A stretch of DNA of 64,000 nt from Octopus vulgaris (GCA_951406725.2 OX597828.1:9486001-9550000), one strand, 5' to 3'. Shown: positions 13,166 to 27,464, counted from the first letter of the stretch. Translations and numbers: made by a program. The notes: generated by a model not told the origin, from the sequence alone.

Positions 13166-13252
13166 CATCATCATCATCATCATCATCATTACTACTGCTA
13201 CTACAACTACTAGTAGTACCAGCAGCAGCAGTATTAGTAGTAGCAGCAGCAA

Positions 13253-13335
<83 letters not shown>

Positions 13336-13562
13336 TTCAGGTCACTGCTTGGAATCAAACTCGGAATCTTGGGGTTATTAGCCCGCGCTATTACCCACTA
13401 CGCTATATGCCCGTGGGCATATGGCGTAGTGGTTAAGAGCGCGGTTAAGTTCGAAATTTCCTGAAGACACCTGATTAAGTGTAGAGGGTATATCATCCGA
13501 AACGTTATGTTAACAGCAAACAAGATGAGGACAAATATCCGTCAAGTGTAAATAATGTAAAT
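12921..13562 (-). mobile_element. Composite tRNA-head / microsatellite / hammerhead-tail retroposon with inverted partial duplication
   Basis: Minus strand: tRNA-like head (13412-13334), trinucleotide tract, tail (13075-12921). An inverted partial head and tail follow on plus at 13415-13562. Confidence 0.7.
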
Positions 13563-13899
13563 GATTATAGAAAAGTGTTGACAACAAATTAAGCGAAAGA
13601 AAATATTCTACGTAAATTTGGTTCGTACGTATGGAATTTATCCACCCCACAGCCGCACGTTAGTTCATATCTGATGTTGGAAATGTTGAAAAATAGTGTT
13701 TCAAACAACATAGTGTAACACTTTAGTTACACGAGAGAATGTTTTTGTAGAGCTGGGTATCTCATCTAGCCGGGGTTACCAATCAAAAACCTTCACACAA
13801 TTAGTAAGGTCAATGCAGACGGATTATATATGAACGTCTGTGTTCAAGACTGGAATCTTCCGACTAATATGTAATTTTTTACGTACTCCTCTTGTTGTT

Positions 13900-14233
13900 A
13901 AGGTGCATAACTCAGTGGATCGAGCGTAGAGCTTACGATCGTGAGGTTGCGAGTTCAATTACCGGACTGGGCTGAATCTTGTGTTGTTGAGCAAGACACC
14001 TTATTACACGTTGCTCCAGTTCACTCAGCTGTAGAAATGAGTTGCGACTTCACTGGTGCCAAGTTGTATCGGCCTTTGCCTTTCCCTTGGATAACATCAG
14101 TGATGTGGAGAGGGTATGCATCGTATGCATGAGCAACTGTTTGTCTTCCACAAACGATCTTGCCCTGACTTGTGCCTCGAAGGGTAACCTCTTAGGCGCA
14201 ATTTCATGATCATTTATGACCGAAGGAGGTCTC
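13900..14233 (+). mobile_element. SINE family C (tRNA head plus CORE-like domain)
   Basis: TAACTCAGTGG A-box, GAGTTCAATTAC B-box, TTGAGCAAGACAC...CACTCAGCTGTAGAAATGAG; homologous to the 36766-37109 copy. Confidence 0.85.
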
Positions 14234-15143
14234 CTCCTCCCGTTGTTTAACATCGGAAACACATAAAGCAGCAATCATGTTTACTTAGACTCCGACAAGA
14301 GAATAAAAGTTTTGCGCCGCTGTCTCGTAGTTCTTTAGAAGAAGTAGACCAATCTCCTTCAATTCGAACTTACCGACTTTAAAAATGGAGACTTTTGTCA
14401 ATGCATTGCTAGATATATGTAAACAAAGCTGTTATAACCTTCAATGCTGTTGTCATATATCTACTCTAACATATTTGATTTCAATACAAAAACAACAATG
14501 TAATATATACAATAACCTTGTATTCGTCTGTATTTAGAATTTAAATTTCAGTTTTAATCGATAAAAATAGAACATTGAGTCCATTACAGAATTGGTTCGA
14601 TCAATTATACAAATTTTCAAGTATAAATTTCGTTACTTTTCAGTTTAAATTGCATTGGCCTATTGCACATTTAAATCCATGATATTTCACTCTATTATAA
14701 CCACCTGTTGCAATGCATTCTTTTTTCTTCCAATTGGGTGAATATTATTACATAATAATACATCGTTTCAGAATAAGAAAACATTTTTTGTGATACATTT
14801 TTGAAAATCAAAAGTAGAAAGTGAAGTTTAAAAGTGCAGAAAAGAAATGTGAACGAAAATCAAATATGGTGATGGGGAGTGTATGAATGGAGATTGTGTG
14901 TTACTTACATATGTGTATAACGAAGGTGAGGCGTATACACACACATACACAAAAATGACTGTGGCGTGCACACAGACGTATACACAAGACATGCGCACAT
15001 ATGCATATGCACACACATACATATGCACACACATACATGCTCACGAGCAAACTGCTTATATATAAATTGGCTTTGGAATATTTTTTCTCGTGATACCTTT
15101 AACAAAATTATTCTGCTCCAAATCTCAAACTTGGACCGCCCCG

Positions 15144-15184
<41 letters not shown>

Positions 15185-16161
15185 CTATCTCTCCCTCTCT
15201 CTCTCCCTCTCTCTCTCTCTCTGTCTATATATCTGTCTATCTCTTATTTTGAGATAAAGGCTTAAACGGATCTCCAAAGACATCATGAATCCAACAATCA
15301 GTTTTAACGCAACAAACAAGTGAGTACTCTTCCCATACGTTCACTACTACACTGCTACAATTTATTCAGGTTTGTACCAATTTAATCGTTACCTTCTGAA
15401 GTATTTATTTAAGAACTGCGTCTGGTTGTGGACAACTAAATGTCATATTTTCCCTCGAAGGTTCTGATTATTGCTGCCTCAAATGCATTTAAATCTTGTT
15501 ATTTCACGTAATTTTTGACTTGTCAATCTTTGTTGACAAGAGTTATGCTCTCTCACGAGCTGCAGGAGTAGTAAACTTAAGGCTTGATACACCCGAGAAA
15601 TGGAATACGAGAGTATTCTAAAAACGTATCCAGCTCACATGGCACAATTATCTAGGCTAGTATTTGTTTATATGTAAGGTGTCATTATTGCATTAAGTTT
15701 TTAAAGTGTTACTCAAGCATTTTTCTTCAGTGGCGACTACAAAAGCTTGCTATCTGCGTGCATTGTACGCACATTAAATAGAATTTAATATTCCATGAGG
15801 TACATTTCATTTCTCATCAACGGTATGATTATGGATAACAGGAAATATTTGTAATATACATGTCCCCATCTCACAATATATATGCTATGGGATTAAGTTC
15901 TTCAAAGCTAGTCTTTAAACAGCATTTGAAATGTTCACGTTTCTTTCATGTGGAAGTCAGTATACACACAAACACACACACACACATATATATATATATA
16001 TTATATATTATTATTATTATATATATATATGCGCAGTAGCATTATGTAGCGCTCAATATATAATCGATATTTGACTTCACCGCATTAGTGTGTCTTAGAC
16101 TTAAAGATAAACGTCTCCTTTCGTCGTTAGTGTGCATATATCTATATACACACATACAAAG

Positions 16162-16192
<31 letters not shown>

Positions 16193-16877
16193 TGTATGCA
16201 TATATGTGTGTATGTAGATACATGCATACACACGTGCAATATACATAAACCGATTTGTGTGACAATATCTGAGATAGAGATGAATTACGTGTATTTTATT
16301 GTTTTTCTTTATATGAATAGACGGCTAAATACACTGCATAAATAGGTTTCACACAATCATGCCACGTATATAGATGGATTCATACTTTATGTTAAGAGTA
16401 AAAACTTGTTTAAGTTATCTAAATCCTAATATTTATGTTATCATCATAATATACTAACATAAGATTACACATCCATTTCGTGTTTGTTTTTATTCTGCTT
16501 TGTATTCCCTCATCTTGGTGAAGTAATTCCGTTTATTCAATATTTGTTAAAGAAGATCTCTGTAATCTTAATAAAGAGACAAGTTTATTATGTACATAGA
16601 TCAATAAATCGATAATGCATCAATAAATCCATACAGTTTTCACTTAGGAAATAATTTTCATGAACAATAAGAAAACATACAGGAACGATTAAAAGATGAT
16701 ACTCACTGATGGGCTATACATATGAGTAAATGCTCATACATACATACATATGTAAATATATATATATATATATACACTCACACACATACAGACACATTTA
16801 TATTATACATATGTACATATATGTACATGTACATATATATATACATACACAAGCATTGATATGTATATATATGTATG

Positions 16878-16923
<46 letters not shown>

Positions 16924-17763
16924 TGTGCATATATGTACATATATATAATATAAATGTGTCTGTATATATATATATGTATATACACATACATACATACACA
17001 CGCATTGATATGTATATATATATTTTTGTATATATATATATATATATATACATCCTACATACTCATGTATGTGCACACACGTGTTCATATGCGTGTTTTG
17101 CAATGTAATTGTATGTATCTATAGGAAAGGGAGAGGGGAAATGTACTCTTTAAACTTCTCGTCTTATGAATCATTATTTTCTATAGATTTCCTTTAAATG
17201 AAATCTGAGGTAAAGACAACCATCTTTTCTTTACTTCGTTTTCTTCTTCTGTCTCCTCTTCTACCTCTCGTCTCTTTTCTTCCCATTTTTTCTAGTTTTT
17301 GCTTCACTTTTTTTATTTAACCTCTTTTCTGATTTTCATAGTTTTTAAACTGTTATTCTAATTTAAATTATGAGTTTCATTTTTTTTATATCTTCATTAA
17401 AAATTAAATTGAAATTTGCCGTCGATTTCGTAAGAAAGAAAACTTCATAATTATTCACTTCCTCAACCTTTTATATCAACACTACAGATAGAAACACAGC
17501 AGTTAATGCCATAACTTATGACGTTCATCGAGGCACTTTCAACTGTCTTTCTCAGTATATTACACATCCGCCAATGAACTTTGTGAGCCTGAGTCTCGCA
17601 AAGCTTTGACCACAGCAGAAGCTGTTGTTGTTTGGCTCTTGTTCCCTCCGAGGAAATTTATTCAGAACAACATGAAGTCAAACGGTAGTCATTCTCTCTT
17701 CTTATTAGATACAACGTCACTAGGTATATTTTATTATATTATGCAATGGGTGATTCTCTTACG

Positions 17764-17993
17764 ACGGAGCTGGCAGAAAAGCTAGCACGTCGGGCGAAAT
17801 GCTTAGCGGTATTTCGTCTGCCGTTACGTTTTGAGTTCAAATTCCGCCGAGGTCGACTTTGCCTTTCATCCTTTTGGCGTCGATTAAATAAGTACCAATT
17901 ACGCACTGGGATTTGATATAATCGACTTAAACCGTTTGTCTGACCTTGTTTGTCCTCTCTGTATTTAGCCCCTTGTGGGTAGTAAAGAAATAG
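17764..17993 (+). mobile_element. SINE family A, full length
   Basis: GAGCTGGCAGAAAAGCTAGC head, GAGTTCAAATTCC B-box, GCCTTTCATCCTTT central domain, AAAGAAATAGG tail. Confidence 0.9.
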
Positions 17994-18534
17994 GTAAGGT
18001 TTAATTTAAGGCTAATGTGGATGCCATAATTAACATATTGTCTCTTTGCATTGACACTCGTTAGCTGTCTCCAAAATATCAATCATTTAAAGTAGCAAAA
18101 CATACCGAAAGATGTGTTTGTCTTTACCGTGTGACCATTGGTTGCGCAGATCTTCATTCAGGTTAAAAGTATTAACCTCACCACAATTAGAACTTCCATA
18201 GCATGATATGCAGCAGTGTTCCCTCTAATAGTTAAGATCTCTGAATGAAATTCGATCTGTATGCCATTTGAAAAAAGCATAAAGGTCAATACAGATAGTA
18301 TGCTGTTAATTTATGTACAAATATTTCATAATAGCAACATGCAAATTTTGATATTGAGATTAATTAATAATATTTTCATTATAAATTAAATCAGTGTTGT
18401 ACCGTGTGTACAAATAATACGACATTTTATATTTAACCACGAAGAAACATTTCTGGTATGAAACTCTATCGCTCCAGTATTATTTACATTCCATGTGTTG
18501 AAATTCTTTGTTTTGTTCCTTCTCGTCCCATGCC

Positions 18535-18740
18535 TGGCTCAGAAGGGCCGGTGTCCCGGTTTCAGTGGCGGGAGATCAGTCCATCGCAGCGTTACTCATT
18601 TTTGCCACCTGAGTGGACTGGAGCAACGTGAATTGAAGTGTTTTGCTCAAGAACACAAGGCATCGCCCGTTCGAAGAATCGAAACAACAACCTTACGATA
18701 ATGATGTCAATGCACTAACTACTAAGCCACGCACCTCCAC
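18535..18740 (-). mobile_element. SINE family C head and CORE with a different 3' segment
   Basis: Reverse complement GGAGGTGCGTGGCTTAGTAGTTAG...TTGAGCAAAACACTTCAATTCACGTTGCTCCAGTCCACTCAG. Confidence 0.75.
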
Positions 18741-19191
18741 ATGTTGATATTAGATATCAAATATTCTTATTCTAACAATTTAGTATAATCAATGCAACTG
18801 AAACGTAATTGATCAATAATATTGCCATTACCTTGAACATTTTTTGCAGGTGAATTCTACCTTATTGTGTGGTTTCATTTAGTAGCTTACAAGATTCCAG
18901 CTGATCAATTTTGTACCTGTATTGTTCATGTAGCGCTCTTAAGTTATCCATTGATACTCATTGATATAAACAACTGAATTGTGTTTGCATTGAGTTTATT
19001 CTATCCATTAACTAAGAAGTGGGTATCTAAATAAAATTTTGATTTAAGGAGTAGTATCACGGGCTTAAATATTAAATTTAAACACGTACCAGCACAAATA
19101 AGTGTGAACACACATATTTACACATACATACAAACACACATAAGCACAGGTGCACATACATACATACATACATGCATACATACACATATAG

Positions 19192-19345
19192 AGTAGCATG
19201 CCTGCTTGCCTTGTAAAGAGTTCCCATGCTGAGCACACGACTCTGGGTTCAGTCCCACTGCGTGGCACATTGGACAAGTTTTTTCTACTATGGCCTCGGA
19301 CCAGCGAAAGCCGCGTGAGTCGCTTTGTGGAGGAAACCGAAAAAA
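19192..19345 (+). mobile_element. SINE family B, 5' half
   Basis: GGGTTCAGTCCCACTGCGTGGCACATTGGACAAG matches 22968-23000. Confidence 0.8.
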
Positions 19346-19392
19346 GTATCTCTCTCTCTCTCTCTCACACACACGCGCAACAAACAGACACG

Positions 19393-19424
<32 letters not shown>

Positions 19425-19464
19425 CATACCTGCATGCATATTATGTGTGTATCTGTGTGTGTAT

Positions 19465-19477
19465 TAATAATAATAAT

Positions 19478-19514
<37 letters not shown>

Positions 19515-19654
19515 TCAAAAAATATATTAGGAATGAGATCACAGGTTCGAAATTTCTCTAAGACACTTGATGAACGCTGGAGAGTATATCAGCCGAAACG
19601 TTGAGTTAACTACAAAGATGAGGAAAAATATTCGTCAAATGTAAATAATGTAAA
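19465..19654 (+). mobile_element. Headless copy of the hammerhead-tail retroposon
   Basis: (AAT)n(AAC)n followed by AACATCAAAAAATATATTAGGAATGAGA...GACAC TTGATGA A CGCTG..CAGCC GAAAC GTT; homologous to 12921-13075 and 13447-13562. Confidence 0.75.
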
Positions 19655-22600
19655 CAATATATGTAAGGGAAGTTGAAAATGCACTGGAATTAGTTTTAAT
19701 TTTCAATTTTTGAATCTTTAAACACTTAGCATTGAAGTCTGAATTCTGTGAAACTGGTTTACTCTTTAAAATTTAAATAATTGATATATTCCAAGCAGAG
19801 ATGCGGACCCCTACCATCTAGCGATTTGACAGTATCAGTTGAGCAGCCTGGTTTCAGAGTATTTGGTCTTCCTCAGTACTGGACTCCTATCTGCTAGCTA
19901 TGGCAGCCGTTCGCCCTAGCTCATAATATGTAGACAAATTTGCAGCATTCAGCAGCTGATCTTGTGACAAGCCAAGTAGCTAGATATACAATCTTTATAA
20001 GAGATACAAGTAGTAACTCTACTGGATAGTAATGTTTGTTTCCACTTCTAGCGGACAGGTGTCCAGTGCTGATGAATGACAAATACCACGAAACCAGGTA
20101 TGTGTGTGTATGTGTATGTTTGTATGTATGTGGTGGGAGTGTTATGATTTCAGGTTATTACGGTTAAGAAAAGGATTCCATATTTATGTATAATCATATT
20201 GAAATTTGGAGCAATTTTCAATGCGCACGTTGCTTATGTCTGGGAAAGAAGTGGACAGGCATGCTATAGCTGGGAAGTGTATATTGAGTACACTGAGAAT
20301 ATGAGCAAAACAATTGTGTTTCATTAAACTTTTTTTTTATCCTGATGTATGAAACCTTTGAAACGTATAAACTTTACACAGGGAATTATGACAATAAATA
20401 TTGTGAAATATGCGAATTCTTTCGGAAATATAAGACGACATATATATTTAACCACTGGGTGCACGAATGAAAATGAGCAACAGTTTCACTCACACCTACA
20501 CTCACATAAACAGACAGATAAACGCATATTCACACATACATAAATGTATATGTATATACGTAAATACATAGACGTGTCTATATATTTATATATATATATA
20601 TGTATGTGTATAAACACATACACACACAAACATACACACATACACATATACACACATACCATTATATATATCTATTAAGCATATATGTTTGTATGCGTCT
20701 ATCTCATTATGTTTGTATTATTTGCTTGACTGTGTCTTTGCGTTTGAGCTTGCCTGAGTATATTCACGTATGTTTCGGGTGCGATATGTGTGTTTAAGTA
20801 TATTTGTCAATTTGTCCATATACATTTAAATACATTGCATGAATAAATATATTTACATGTATATAATTGTACAAGCATGCTGTTTGTCGTGTCATCAAGC
20901 ATGTATATATTTACGTTGATGAAGAATGTGTGTACGGAGATTATGTTTAGTGAATCAGGAAGAGTTAAATAATGGAAAAAATAATGAGTTGTATTTTCTT
21001 TTTTCATGCGTTGATATGTCAACATGGTAATAGCGCAATGATTGAATGCAAGAACGATTGCGCTTGGCTGAATTATCGGAGGACATGTAAGTAAGCAGCA
21101 CAACAATCAAATAATATTATGTGTGGTGGCATGAGTCTTGCATAGAATCATATGTAACATCAATCATCAAGAAATAGAATAGGAATTGATCGCAGCGAAT
21201 TGCAAACCGTTCTTTAATTTCATGCTATATTGTTTATGCATGAGAATAGAATTTGTTTTGTAGATATTCTGATATTTTCCTGGGTTTTTTATTAATGTTG
21301 TTTAGGATGATGACGATGATGATGATGGTGTCACTGCATTGTTGTTTTGTCTCCAATTTATTGATATCTAGAATATGTATTTTAGTTCTTAAAAAAAACT
21401 GTAATTTGTCTTGAATATTTGTTGTATTTTTCCTTATATTTTTGTCAAGTTGTTTTTCGTTTGGTTCAGTTTTTGTCAGCTACGAAAAAAAATAATGCAT
21501 TTAATATCAACCTTCAAAAGACTCACATAAGTAAAATCAAAAAGCGAAGAACAAATAGGGAATAGAATGGTGACAAATTGAAAAAGAATTTTTTTTTTAA
21601 AATGTGTATTGTTGATTCTTTATATTACTTATTTTACGCGGCACTTGACCAATTTTAGAAGATACGTAGAATTGTATAATTTGATTTCCATTACATTTTG
21701 TATGTGCCAGACACAAAATTAATCTTGACGGCTTAGCATGCACTATGTGGAAGTTGTGCTGTACTAAAAACCAAAACATAACAGGCAATCTGGCTTTGTA
21801 CCGAGTGATATGCCACACGAAGATTCAAAATATTTACTGATTTGTCCATTAAAATTTAACAAAGCAAAAGCAGCTATTTTTACATCTGCTTTCTACTTTA
21901 TTGGATCTAATAACAAAGTGAGCATAGAAATTAACGGCAAATCATTTTCCTTTTGAAATAGAATAAACGTCATGTGGCAGCAAATTATGTATCATGGAAA
22001 AGTAGAACACGGGAGCAATATTTAGCAGAATATAACACTTTATATATTGTTGAAATTTTATTGACTTCAAACTGGCTTTCAGATATCTCTATATTGTGTA
22101 TCTCGTTACATTATCATCTGAGCCAATTTTGTTTCGTACTATAATGGAAAAGAAGTCAACAGCATCGTTTCCTTAATGACACACACACACACACACACAC
22201 GCACACACACACACGAACTTATACACACACACACACATACATAGTGTAGCTTTATTTTTATAATTGAAATATGAAAAGTATATTTGCTTCATATCCGAAG
22301 AATACTTTTCACAAAATCATAGCAGAGCGGGAAGACGAATCATAGCGTAATGTCGCAGCACGTCAGTTCTAAATTCAACTCCTATCTCTTGTGTAATACA
22401 GTATTAATAACACCAGATAGGTTAGAATTTGCAGCCTGTTAATGTACATAGAAAAGGAACACCGAAAACGAGGTCAGTATTAATGCTCTAAGTGATGTAC
22501 ATCTGTTTCGTGAGATATTACTTGAACATAAAGCCCAGTTATGTGAATAAATACAGCCAGAACTATTTATCGGCATTCATTCATGTAACTTGGCTTCGGG

Positions 22601-22744
22601 CTGACGTAGCTGATGTCTACAAATTTCACAACAAATGCGCAGTATGCACGATTTTCTATAGACTATGTTTTCTTCATTCTTTTGCTCTCTCTCTTCCGCC
22701 CCCTTTGCCACTTTACACGCTCACACACCCACAAACACAGACGC

Positions 22745-23076
22745 AGTGTGCAGAAAGCCTGATTTCGTAGTAGTTGACAGAGAGAATAGGAAGTACCAGA
22801 TAATTGATTTTACAGTTGCGAATAGAGTTAATATGAGAGACATAGAGAAAATAGTAAAGTACGAGAACCTAGCCGCAGAAGGTAGGCGCAGATAGGCGCA
22901 GATAGGCGTAAATAGGCGCAGGAGTGGCTGTGTGGTAAGTAACTTACTTACGAACCACATGGTTTCGGGTTCAGTCCCACTGCGTGGCACCTTGGGTTAG
23001 TGTCTTCTACTATAGCCTTGGGCCGATCAAAATCTTGTGAGTGGATTTGGTAGATGGAAACTGAAAGAATCCCGTC

Positions 23077-23166
<90 letters not shown>

Positions 23167-23590
23167 GTATGTATATATGTGTATGTGCGTGTTTGTGTGT
23201 CTGTGTTTGTCCCCCAACATCGCTTGACAGTCAATGCTGGTGTGTTTACGTCCCCGTAACTTAGCAGTTCGGCAAAAGAGACCGATAAAATAAGTACTAG
23301 GCTTACGAAGGATAAGTCCTGGGGTCGATTTGATCGACTAAAGGCCGTGCTCCAGCATGGCCACAGTCACATGACTGAAACAAGTAAAAGTGTAAAAGTG
23401 TAAAGAGTAGCCATTAAGTTACAGAGACTATGGGGAGTGCGGATAAAAAGTATCCCCGTAGTCATAGGTGCGTTTCGAACTAGCCATAAGGATTTCAACA
23501 GATGGATAGAGAAAATTGGCATGAAACCCTCTCCAGGGCAACCCAAGAAAACAGTGTTTTAGAGAGAACAAGGATACTCAGGCTACTTTT
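22745..23590 (+). pseudogene. R4/Dong-clade LINE C-terminal restriction-like endonuclease, interrupted by a SINE
   Basis: CRKPDFVVVDRENRKYQIIDF...EKIVKYENLA | AIKLQRLWG...IPVVIGAF, the PD-(D/E)xK RLE signature. Confidence 0.85.
22876..23407 (+). mobile_element. SINE family B, full length, TAGCC target duplication
   Basis: tRNA-like head, internal (TA)n, (AAAGTGT)n-like tail; TAGCC on both sides; the LINE reading frame resumes after it. Confidence 0.9.
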
Positions 23591-23632
23591 TGTAACCCGT
23601 TTCCAGCGGTTTTATCCGTTGCGTGTGTATGA

Positions 23633-23744
23633 AATAATAACAACTGCAACAAAATTAATAATAATGATAATAATAATGATAACAATAATAACAATAACAA
23701 TAACGATAACGATGACGATAACGATGACGATAACGATGACGATA

Positions 23745-23779
<35 letters not shown>

Positions 23780-23868
23780 AACGATGACGATGACGATGAC
23801 GATGACGACGACGACGACGATGACGATGACGATGACGACGACGACGACACGACGACGACGACGACGAC

Positions 23869-23910
<42 letters not shown>

Positions 23911-23931
23911 ATGATGATGATGATGATGATG

Positions 23932-23975
<44 letters not shown>
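23633..23975. repeat. Compound trinucleotide microsatellite (AAT/AAC/GAT/GAC)
   Basis: Read directly from the sequence. Confidence 0.95.
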
Positions 23976-23977
<2 letters not shown>

Positions 23978-24630
23978 ACATCTCTTTATGGATGACTTGA
24001 AATAGTTTGGGAAATCTGAAAAACAGATAGATTACTTAACCAAACAAGCCCAGAAGTGTGGTACGGACATATGTATGGATTTTGAGATTACTAAAAGCTC
24101 AGTACTTAATATGAAAAGAGGGAAGGAAGCAACCTGCAGGGGATTGCGGTTACCATTAGGAGAGACCATGGGTGAGCCCGACAATAGTGGGTATAGATAT
24201 TTAGCAATTTTGGAGCTGGATGACATTCTACAGAGAGAAATGTAAGTCTAGGTCAACGAGGTGTATCAAAAAAGTGTGAAGATGATGTTAAAACCCAACC
24301 CCAATGCAAACATTTTGATTACCGCAATGAATATCGGAGAGGTTGCAGTGGTCAGATATAGTGCATGTATCCTCAAATGGACTAAGGAGAAAATATCAAC
24401 AATGGATAGTAGGACGAGAAAGTTGATGAAGCTGCATGGGGCGTTATAGTCTAAAGCAAACGTAAACATATTGTATATGAAAAGAAATAATGGTGGCAGG
24501 GGACCAATTAGTATAGGCCATCGTATAAGGAATGAAATGAGAATGCTTGCCGAGTATTTCATAAATAGTGATGAAGAGGGACTGCAATATGTCACGAAAG
24601 ATATGGATGCAAATGCAGTGAAGTATAACA
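23976..24630 (+). pseudogene. R4/Dong-clade reverse transcriptase, domain 5 to thumb
   Basis: HLFMDDLK, GYRYLAILE, VVRYSACILKWT, DSRTRKLM..HGAL, LYMKRNNGGRG. Confidence 0.85.
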
Positions 24631-25560
24631 TCTATAAAGCTTCTGACAGCCAGAAATGCAGACTCATTATCAGTGCATACACGGTCTCAACCATTCCATA
24701 CATGTCAAGTGTTTCCAAAATCCCCGAGTGTGGCAATATCTCGTAAGTCGCTTTGAAGTCTACCCAGGCCGTGCATAAGAGTTTGGTACCGTTTACAGTT
24801 CTTCATTATAACCTTGTCTATCACAAGGTGGTTCTTGGTGCCCTTGAAATCGTTTGCGGCATCCCATTTGTTCTACTGACCGTATATTTGTTTTCGAAAA
24901 GAACGTATATATTTTCCCAGCGAAGGTACCTGTTAATACTTTCCATAGGAAGTTAAGACAGCCAATGGGTTGGTAATTTCCGACCTCCCTGCTCTTTGAC
25001 TGATCATTCATTAACCGCTACCATACACTCCGGATCTGTGTTTCTATTTTGTAGATTGTGTCAAGATATGCCCTTGAACTTTTTTCCATTTTTCCATTGC
25101 CCTTTGGACCATTGTTCTATGCGGCTCAGATCTTTACGCAAAGTTAGACTATGACTTTCAGTTCTCCGTCTCCACCATGGCTTCGTTCTGTCCCTCTACT
25201 TTTCTCTCTTTTGGAGCTGACCAAGTTTTTGTTTCCGTTAGATCTTTTGTCAAAATTTTTCGTCAGCATTTTGGGTCGAGTTCCACAGTGTTACGGACGA
25301 AGCTTCTTAAATTCACCAGCTTGGTCTCTGTTTTAGTGATTATTATATCTTCAAGTCTTATCCTGGGGTTTCTTTGTTCCTCAGCCATATCCTCACGTAA
25401 TTCAGGGTTTCCTGCATTATACTGATTGGCCGGCCTCTCCTATTACAACTTTCTCTTGCCTACGCATCCGCTGATCTTCGCCTACGTTCTTCTCTTCCAC
25501 ATTATCGCCACAACAGAAGTGTTTCCTGATTGTCACTATCTGGGTGCCATTAAGTAAGCC
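24631..25560 (-). pseudogene. R4/Dong-clade reverse transcriptase, N-terminal domains
   Basis: NYQPIGCLNFLWKVLTG, EQMGCRK..G, AWVDFKATYEILPHSGILETL; right boundary approximate. Confidence 0.8.
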
Positions 25561-25628
25561 TCTATTCTGAATTCTTCTTATCTGATTCTATTATTATGAT
25601 TGTTGTTGTTGTTGTTGCTGTTATTTCT

Positions 25629-26480
<852 letters not shown>

Positions 26481-27339
26481 AGTATTAATTAAGGTCGGTT
26501 TTTTAAAGTGATTTCTCCATTGCCTAACAGCATGTGAAGAAATGGAATATGATAGATTGTGGAAGCTGACTCTTTTTAAATGAATTGGCTGACAGTCTTT
26601 CCCCAAGGATAAACCCAAGACTGAATAGTAAATCTAATGTGCAGAAGCAGATTCTTTATTGTTACTCAAATTGCATAGCTTTTAATTAGTTTTCTTAGTC
26701 ATCTACTAATTTTCTTCCCGACTAAACATGGTTTTTATTGTTATTGTTTCAATTGATTTTTTTCCCTCTTGGCATTGTTTACAGTGTTATTGTACTATTG
26801 TGTTATGTTTCTTTTTCCATCAATTATTATTAAGTGCTAGAATCATAATAATATTATTATTACTGCTGCTTCTTTTTAATTGTTACATTTATTGTCTTAA
26901 GCGTCATTATCAGCATCCCTCATCGCATATAAACATATTATTTACGGCTTTTTTTTTTTGTTTCTTATAACTGTGACTTTATAGTTGTACCTGCTGGGAA
27001 TTTCAACTAACGACAGACTATTTATTTTACAGTTTATAGTCGAGTGAGGTCTTTAGAAAATGTTTGCTTTTTCTATTACTTAATCCTTCACATGTGAATT
27101 ACTCTGCAGTTTATATAGTCCCAACTTCTATAATGTCATTTCTATTTGTTCTTTGAAATTTTTTCTGTCATATTTCTTAATGTTTCTATCCAACGTCATA
27201 AAGGCATTGGAATAATTTTCGTAAACTTCGTTACATGCATTATAGTACATTGCAATTAATGTCTTTTATTAGTGACAATTCGACAAATGGAATGGTGCCT
27301 GCACTTTGCAGTATACATACATGGTACATACTTATATAC

Positions 27340-27375
<36 letters not shown>

Positions 27376-27399
27376 TGTATGTATCTGCATATACGTATA

Positions 27400-27464
<65 letters not shown>

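Noticed and set aside
13334-13445. Possible tRNA gene
   Set aside because: A and B boxes are present but there is no proper acceptor stem; it is a retroposon head
17500-17700. Higher-GC unique block that could be an exon or enhancer
   Set aside because: No splice-bounded frame or motif can be supported without alignment data
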